Shown piece after piece: positions 39,221 through 45,204 of a stretch of 45,204 nucleotides of DNA. The stretch lies in assembly GCA_040220235.1 (NCBI GenBank), contig JAVJTO010000089.1; one strand, written 5' to 3'. Within the stretch, counting starts at the first letter, position 1. Every line of letters starts with the position of its first letter. The notes beneath the pieces were generated by a model, which was not told the DNA's origin, ran no database searches, and saw nothing but the letters and a program-made list of their open reading frames with translations. The position numbers and the translations under genes were made by a program. The stretch comes from Coleofasciculus sp. B1-GNL1-01 (GTDB lineage: Bacteria; Cyanobacteriota; Cyanobacteriia; Cyanobacteriales; Coleofasciculaceae).

Positions 39221-39832
39221 TCACGAATTTTCCCAGGCTAAGACTATTAAAGCATTAAGAATCGCCGCCGCGACAGGGGAACCCCCTTTGCGTCTATTAA
39301 TCCGAATTTGTGGAACTAGAGTTTTTGCTAAAGTCTCTTTAGCTTCTACGACAGAAATAAATCCCACAGGTGCGCCAATAACCAAAGCTGGTTTTACTAA
39401 AGCTTGTTGGAATTCAGCACATAATGCTAAGAGTGCAGTCGGCGCATTACCAAACACATAAATGGCTTCCGGAAACTGACGATAACAACTTAATAAACCC
39501 GTTTCTGTGCGAGTTTTCCCAGGAAGCGCCACCGATGCTTGTTCAACCGCCGCCATTACCGGATTCCCAAACGTCTTACTCACCATTCCCGTAATTCCCT
39601 GTTTAACCATACCCACATCAGTAATAATCGGGACTTTATTCTGGATGGCTGCAATTCCGGATGTAATTGCTTCTGGACTAAAATTAATCAGTTTAGCCAA
39701 TTCAAAATCAGCGGTACTGTGAATCACCCGTCGAACAATCGCATATTCATCAGGCGTAAACGTATGTTCGCCAATTTCTTGGTCAATGATAGCGAAACTT
39801 TGCTCTAATATTGGATGATTTAGCGGATTCAT
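39221..39832 (-). CDS. cobH: Precorrin-8X methylmutase CobH/CbiC
   Basis: SFAII, RRVIHSTADF, GNAPTAL, GAPVGFI, KGGSPVAAAILNAL. Confidence 0.95.
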   Translation of the reverse strand: MNPLNHPILEQSFAIIDQEIGEHTFTPDEYAIVRRVIHSTADFELAKLINFSPEAITSGIAAIQNKVPIITDVGMVKQGITGMVSKTFGNPVMAAVEQASVALPGKTRTETGLLSCYRQFPEAIYVFGNAPTALLALCAEFQQALVKPALVIGAPVGFISVVEAKETLAKTLVPQIRINRRKGGSPVAAAILNALIVLAWENS

Positions 39833-39964
39833 AAGTAGGTGGACAAAATTAAGGTTGACAGTTGAGATCAGGGAATAGAGAACAGGTAACAGGTAACAGT
39901 AAGAGTTGGAGGGCGATTTACTTACACTTAATACAGTGTTATTTTCTTTTGTTCGACTTGCTTA
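39832..39964. mobile_element. Degenerate MITE-like element upstream of cobH
   Basis: TAAGTAGGTGGACAAAA vs reverse complement of right end TAAGCAAGTCGAACAAAA; internal AACAGGT-type heptamers. Confidence 0.45.
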
Positions 39965-39983
39965 TGACCGCACAAATTCTAAA

Positions 39984-40841
39984 TCAGACAATCGTCTGGG
40001 GATGAATCAACGTGTAACCTGCTGCTTTAATCTTCTGATTGCTGAGCTGGGCATTAAGAGGACGAAAACTGGGTTGAGAAGCATCCCAAACAATTCTCTC
40101 TAAACCTTGCTTGTCGCAAACATAATCGCATAAGTCTCGGTAAGTCCAGCGTAAATCATTAACCAGATTATAAATACCATTGAGTCTATGCTGATGGGCG
40201 AAATCCACCGCTCCAACAATATCATCCAAATGAATCCAAAAACCTACATTTTCACCACTTCCAGGTAAACTTTTTCCCGCCAGACGGCTTAACCGTTTCA
40301 TTAGTTCTCTACCCGAACCATAGATTCCACCCAAGCGTAGGATACAAACACTTAAGTCTTCACGGACAGAACTTAACAAAATCTGCTCGGCTTCACCCAG
40401 CACTTGATTATACTTATTATCTATATCTATCCTGGAATTCTCATCAACCCACTCACCATTTTTGTTACCGTATAGCGAACAGCTACTCAGGTAAATTAAC
40501 TGCTTAACACTAGACGTCTCCTTCAATGCGGCTACCACATTTTTCGCTGTGGGAATGTAGGTTTCCCGATATACCTCTGCATCCACCTGGCGAGTACTGA
40601 TTGGAGCAAGACTCAGAAGACAAGTGTTCTGATTTTGTACCACAGACTGTACAGCATTAGCATCATTCCCTGTCATAATCACTACCTGTGCGGCTACTTC
40701 CTCAAGTTCGGTGACGCGCTCTTTCCTAGTCGTCGTTACTGTAACGAAGTGACCCTGTTTTTGCCAATAACAAGCTACAGCCTTTCCCACATAGCCACAA
40801 CCGATAATCGCCACGTTCTCACAGACCTTTTCGACAATCAA
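39984..40841 (-). CDS. NAD-dependent epimerase/dehydratase (atypical SDR)
   Basis: VAIIGCGYVG, YLSSCSLYG, LRLGGIYG, WIHLDDI. TTG start at 40841 preceded by AGGAGG. Confidence 0.88.
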   Translation of the reverse strand: MIVEKVCENVAIIGCGYVGKAVACYWQKQGHFVTVTTTRKERVTELEEVAAQVVIMTGNDANAVQSVVQNQNTCLLSLAPISTRQVDAEVYRETYIPTAKNVVAALKETSSVKQLIYLSSCSLYGNKNGEWVDENSRIDIDNKYNQVLGEAEQILLSSVREDLSVCILRLGGIYGSGRELMKRLSRLAGKSLPGSGENVGFWIHLDDIVGAVDFAHQHRLNGIYNLVNDLRWTYRDLCDYVCDKQGLERIVWDASQPSFRPLNAQLSNQKIKAAGYTLIHPQTIV

Positions 40842-40886
40842 TGTAACCCTCCTATTTGGTAATCGCAACTATTTTAGTAATACTAT

Positions 40887-40997
40887 ATCCTACCATCCCC
40901 CACTTATAACCCACGCCAAACCCTCTGCGTACCTCTGCGCTTACCTCTGCGCTTACCTCTGCGTTAAAACGATTCAATACTGAGATCAAACCGCTCA
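40887..40997 (+). repeat. ~110-bp direct repeat, left copy
   Basis: ATCCTACCATC..ACT..AAC..ACGC.AAACCCTCTGCG (CCTCTGCG x4) TTAAAACGATTCAAT.CTGAGA..AAACC aligns with 43032-43141. Confidence 0.85.
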
Positions 40998-41062
40998 ATC
41001 AAAACTGTACCAACAGAGTGAGATAATGCATGACAGATTATTTATTACAAATCCATTAAAAT

Positions 41063-43033
41063 TTACATCTGAGCAATATTCCCTTCAACCACCCCCTGTA
41101 AAAACTCAGCCAGTTCAGTCATTTGTTCAGGTTCGTATCCCAGTAACCATTCTGTCAGCTTGAGAGAATGCCGAGTTTTCCGAAATTCTATTCGATTTTC
41201 AGATAACTCCGAAAACAAATCATTGAGCAGCTTGGCTGCATTAATATTCTGGTCAACCCAATCTGAATCCTTTAGCTTGTCTTCCTGAAACTCTTTCGAG
41301 TCAAAGTAACGCTTCTTAGATTTCTTATCAGCCATTTTTTGCTCAACATCTGCCTCAGAGACTTTGGCTGCATCAACTTCTTCGGGTGTAAGATTTTCAC
41401 AGCCTTCATACTCATCATTGATAATAGTAGTGATTGCTTGTGGGTGCAGCAGATAATTTTCATACATACAGCGAGGGAGAAAGAACAAATTAGGACGTTC
41501 CCTTTCCAGCTTGGCAATTTCCGCATTTGACCTATTCTCTCGATCAAATAAAAACCGCATCTGATCCGGGAATAAACTGATCCGACTACTCAGGCGATCG
41601 TAGATGTAAAATATATTGTCAGCCGCTTTAGTGGATTTCTGCTGAAAATCTCCAACCTTTCTAACTCTGAGGATTTGCAGTTCTCTTAAAGAAGATGTTG
41701 TCGCTAATTTCTCTAGAATCATCGGAAAACAGTTTTCCTCCGTTTCCCCTTCCACCCAGAGAATATTATCCATCCCGAAAATATCGGATAACCTAACGCC
41801 TAAGTCAGTTAATAGAGAACGCTGTTCCTTAATATCGTCTAAATTCATCACCTCGGCTTTGCTTTCCCCCTCCTCATATCGCAGCTTCACAATAGTAGAA
41901 GGATTCGCCGCCGCTATAATCATCGGTGAGTGAGTGGCGATAAAATATTGATGCTGCGGAAACTCTTTGAGAATCTCGATTAGTTTCTTGGCTGCGCCTG
42001 GATGTAGGAAGGATTGGGGTTCATCAATTATAATAGTTCGCGGTTCTTGGGAGGTAATAACGACGTAGAGAATTGCTAATACCTGACCAATTCCAGTACC
42101 GCAAGCTGAAAGAGGAATCGCTAAATCTTCTCTATCATTTTCAGCAGCATCTTTCGACCATACTAAAACTTCTATTGCAGAAGAGGAAAGCACAGGTCTT
42201 TCTTTGATCTTTATATTATGAACAGAAACACACTGAATCTCCGGAAAAATTCTTGAGACATATTCGTTAAACTGATCAAATATTTTTCGATTTCCTCGCT
42301 CCTCTAGTTTATTGATAACTTCAGGAAGATTAGATGCATCAGCTCGAAGATATCTGCTACTTCCAGAATCACATATTGATCGAGTAGGACGTTCAGCATG
42401 AAAACGATATATACGGTATTTAAATTTATTAAATATCGTAACCCAAATAGATTGTTCATCTCCCTCAAGAGTTATTTCATCGCCAACCTTTAATTTATTG
42501 TCTCCTCGCAACTCAAAAGAAATTATTTTGGCTTTATGCTTTATCCCAACTCTACTATTCCAATTGTTGTCTGTAACATGGTAAAGCTTGATAGTAGGAT
42601 TTAGACAAGAGATTTGTATATCATCATCTTCAATATATGAATTTTCGGCTTGGGAAACTTGAAGATAAATGTCTTGAAGACTGTATAGCCATTCTTGAAA
42701 AAAATCAACGAATTCTTTTAATTTTTGATGATTGTGCGGCAATATCCCAAAGGAATTCTCAGGTAATTTATTTATGAAATCAATAAATTCCGCCTTGGGT
42801 AAAGTTACTATAACTTCCGCCCTCGATTCATCATCTAATCGTGAATCCGAATTGGGTAAAGTTCTCAAACTCCGATGCGGCACATTCTCAAAATTCAGCG
42901 TCAGCGCCTCCAACAGCGCCGTCTTCCCCGAATTATTCTGTCCGACAATAATATTGATACCGGGCGCAAACTCCAACCAACCCGAATCCCGAAACGACTT
43001 ATAATTATACAATCGAAACTTAGCCAGAAACAT
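41063..43033 (-). CDS. OLD-like ABC ATPase fused to TOPRIM nuclease domain
   Basis: LYNYKSF, Walker A GQNNSGKT, IIIDEPQSFLHP, ATHSP, then TOPRIM ILWVEGETEE ... FLFDRE ... YENYLL; AT-rich middle. Confidence 0.87.
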   Translation of the reverse strand: MFLAKFRLYNYKSFRDSGWLEFAPGINIIVGQNNSGKTALLEALTLNFENVPHRSLRTLPNSDSRLDDESRAEVIVTLPKAEFIDFINKLPENSFGILPHNHQKLKEFVDFFQEWLYSLQDIYLQVSQAENSYIEDDDIQISCLNPTIKLYHVTDNNWNSRVGIKHKAKIISFELRGDNKLKVGDEITLEGDEQSIWVTIFNKFKYRIYRFHAERPTRSICDSGSSRYLRADASNLPEVINKLEERGNRKIFDQFNEYVSRIFPEIQCVSVHNIKIKERPVLSSSAIEVLVWSKDAAENDREDLAIPLSACGTGIGQVLAILYVVITSQEPRTIIIDEPQSFLHPGAAKKLIEILKEFPQHQYFIATHSPMIIAAANPSTIVKLRYEEGESKAEVMNLDDIKEQRSLLTDLGVRLSDIFGMDNILWVEGETEENCFPMILEKLATTSSLRELQILRVRKVGDFQQKSTKAADNIFYIYDRLSSRISLFPDQMRFLFDRENRSNAEIAKLERERPNLFFLPRCMYENYLLHPQAITTIINDEYEGCENLTPEEVDAAKVSEADVEQKMADKKSKKRYFDSKEFQEDKLKDSDWVDQNINAAKLLNDLFSELSENRIEFRKTRHSLKLTEWLLGYEPEQMTELAEFLQGVVEGNIAQM

Positions 43034-43141
43034 CCTACCATCTCCTACTCACAACTAACGCAAAACCCTCTGCGAACCTCTGCGCTTTCCTCTGCGTCCC
43101 TCTGCGTTAAAAACGATTCAATCCTGAGACAAAACCATTCA
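43032..43141 (+). repeat. ~110-bp direct repeat, right copy (leader of the ATPase gene)
   Basis: Starts within the ATPase start codon; minus strand reads AGTAGGAGATGGTAGG-ATG. Confidence 0.85.
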
Positions 43142-43238
43142 CACCGCAACTACACAAATCCCATCTTCAACAACCTAACAAAGGGCAGGTTTAAAACTTA
43201 TCAACGTAAACATTCCCCCCACCCCACCCTACACTAAC

Positions 43239-44027
43239 TTAAAACTCAACAACCGGAAAATCGGATTCGCGATAGAAATGAGTCATATTATCAAACTTCC
43301 GCAACTCAGCCCGCTTAACCAAAAATAAATTATCCTCCTTCCCTAACCATTCCTCATTCAAATCCGATAACATACTACTGATGCGATCGCGCTCAAGCTG
43401 TGCTGGAATTTCCCCGAAGTATCCTAACGTAATATGCGCCGTAAAATGGTACTGCTGCTCAACCCCCAAACCAATTAATCCCGGATTTTGATAAAGACAA
43501 CGCCGGAACTCAACCACTCGTTGATAAGACTCCTCCTCTTTTGGCACCAAACAAACCCCAATTGCACGGGGCATAACAATCACGCCGAAAAACTGCCAAT
43601 ATATAGGATAAGAATTCCTATATAACTCCTGATATTGCCCAAAACTCTCTCGAATACGTCCCTGAAGTTGCGGTTCAAACTCTGGATTATCCTGCACCGC
43701 ATCCCGATAATTATTCTCCCAAATTAAATCCGCCAGCGTGAAATGAAAACTCTCAGGCGGAAGCGATATCATGAAACTGGGTGGCAATTCTTGCTCTAAT
43801 ATCCGTTGTAACTCCTGTAAACTCCCGTAAAACGCCTCATTCTCCGACTCATCCTCCCACGGTGGCGTCATCACCGTGTATCCTGGAAAATTAACCGCCT
43901 TGGTTGTGCCATCAGTCAGATGCTCAAACTTCGGTGACTCCTGGATATTGGGTAATTGGGAGTGATAACTATCGGGTACAGTCATCCTCGCTACCCGATT
44001 GACATAGGTTGGATAAGTATCATCCAC
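43239..44027 (-). CDS. 2H-phosphoesterase fold protein (DUF1868-like)
   Basis: Two HxT motifs (SFHFTL, AHITLGY) and FPGYTV; GTG start. Confidence 0.78.
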   Translation of the reverse strand: MDDTYPTYVNRVARMTVPDSYHSQLPNIQESPKFEHLTDGTTKAVNFPGYTVMTPPWEDESENEAFYGSLQELQRILEQELPPSFMISLPPESFHFTLADLIWENNYRDAVQDNPEFEPQLQGRIRESFGQYQELYRNSYPIYWQFFGVIVMPRAIGVCLVPKEEESYQRVVEFRRCLYQNPGLIGLGVEQQYHFTAHITLGYFGEIPAQLERDRISSMLSDLNEEWLGKEDNLFLVKRAELRKFDNMTHFYRESDFPVVEF

Positions 44028-44060
44028 GTTGAATTTCCTCCGAATACGCTAAACATCCTT

Positions 44061-45041
44061 ATGCCAATTTATCTTTATTGGGGAGACAATGACTTTTCCC
44101 TTACCCAAGCCGTCAACGAACTACGCCAGTCTGTCCTCGATCCCAACTGGCTGAGTTTTAACTATGATAAAATTCCCCCAGACCAACCCGACGCCGTGAT
44201 TCAAGGACTCAATCAGGCGATGACTCCCCCCTTTGGGATGGGAGGGCGATTCGTCTGGCTAGTTGATACCAGCGTTTGCCAAACCTGTTCCGAAAATGTT
44301 CTGGCTGAACTTCAGCGCACGCTTCCCGCTATTCCGCCAGAATCTATATTACTCCTCACCACTCATACTCGCCCCGATGGGCGACTCAAATCCACCAAAC
44401 TGCTGCAAAAACACGCCAAAATCAAAGAATTTCCCCTAATTCCTCCCTGGAAAACCGAAGAATTAGTTCAACAGGTTAAATCCTACGCCCAAACCACAGG
44501 TGTCAAACTTACACCCCTAGCGGCTGAACTCCTGGCTGATGCAGTGGGTAACAATACCCGCCAACTTGCCAACGAACTTGATAAATTACGCCTTTACGCA
44601 GGCGATGAAACAACTAGCTTAGATGAACGCGCTGTTTCTGCATTAGTCACGACCACAACTCACAATAGTCTACAATTAGCCGGGAGTATTCTCAAAGGCG
44701 ATACTCATAAAGCATTAGGATTGATTGCTGACTTAATCAACAACAACGAACACCCATTACGAATTGTCGCCACCCTTGTGGGACAATTTCGCACTTGGTT
44801 ATGGGTGAAATTAATGATAAGTGAGGGGGAAAAGGATATAAAAGTTATTGCTAACGCCGCCGAAGTTGGTAACCCTAAGCGTATTTACTTCTTGAAGAAA
44901 GATGTGCAACACCTCAGCCTGGATCAATTAATGGCAACGTTACGAGTTTTATTAGAGTTAGAGGTTAGCCTAAAACGAGGTGCTGACGGACTCTCCACTC
45001 TGCAAACTCAAGTGATTAAACTGTGTCAAATTTGTCGTTAA
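44061..45041 (+). CDS. holA: DNA polymerase III subunit delta
   Basis: [46 protein letters not shown]. Start placed at ATG 44061. Confidence 0.93.
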   Translation: MPIYLYWGDNDFSLTQAVNELRQSVLDPNWLSFNYDKIPPDQPDAVIQGLNQAMTPPFGMGGRFVWLVDTSVCQTCSENVLAELQRTLPAIPPESILLLTTHTRPDGRLKSTKLLQKHAKIKEFPLIPPWKTEELVQQVKSYAQTTGVKLTPLAAELLADAVGNNTRQLANELDKLRLYAGDETTSLDERAVSALVTTTTHNSLQLAGSILKGDTHKALGLIADLINNNEHPLRIVATLVGQFRTWLWVKLMISEGEKDIKVIANAAEVGNPKRIYFLKKDVQHLSLDQLMATLRVLLELEVSLKRGADGLSTLQTQVIKLCQICR

Positions 45042-45054
45042 TTCGTCTTATGTC

Positions 45055-45204
45055 AGGGAATAGGCAACAGGCAATAGGCAATAGGCAATAGGCAATAGGC
45101 AATAGGCAATAGGCAATAGGCAATAGGCAATAGGCAATAGGCAATAGGCAATAGGCAATAGGCAATAGGCAATAGGCAATAGGCAATAGGCAATAGGCAA
45201 TAGG
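45055..45204 (+). repeat. STRR-type heptamer tandem array (AGGCAAT)n running off the window end
   Basis: Two variant units, then 19 perfect AGGCAAT units from 45069 to the end. Confidence 0.95.

Noticed and set aside
3181..44027. Functional link between KptA and the 2H phosphoesterase (cyclic ADP-ribose phosphate clean-up)
   Set aside because: Biochemically plausible, but the genes are ~40 kb apart with no linkage evidence.

Overview
This is a 45.2 kb window from a cyanobacterial chromosome. It carries psbA and ppc, frequent HIP1 GCGATCGC octamers, heptamer STRR tracts and many GTAG-type REP hairpins. The style suggests a repeat-rich filamentous cyanobacterium such as Coleofasciculus, which is an inference. 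Conserved genes are kptA, cutA, a PAP2 phosphatase, ppc, a DUF1574-like/MBOAT pair, psbA (D1 with E130), osmC, crtO, leuB, cbiET, cobH and holA. Accessory modules sit between them. (1) A three-gene operon encodes a TPR-CHAT (caspase-like) protease, a small protein and a membrane-anchored protein, resembling CATRA-type conflict systems. (2) Downstream of ppc, three same-orientation copies of a composite REP element bracket a PIN toxin-antitoxin pair, a XisI-like remnant and an ABC-ATPase/TOPRIM pair, like a cassette array. (3) An OLD-like ATPase-TOPRIM gene is bracketed by ~110 bp direct repeats that include its own ribosome-binding leader. (4) A crtO/P450/sulfotransferase/glycosyltransferase/GHMP-kinase cluster could tailor a small molecule or carotenoid. 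Several MITEs are visible, one with a clean 8-bp target-site duplication. I saw no rRNA, tRNA, CRISPR array, transposase or integrase. All calls are by eye from motifs; no searches were run.
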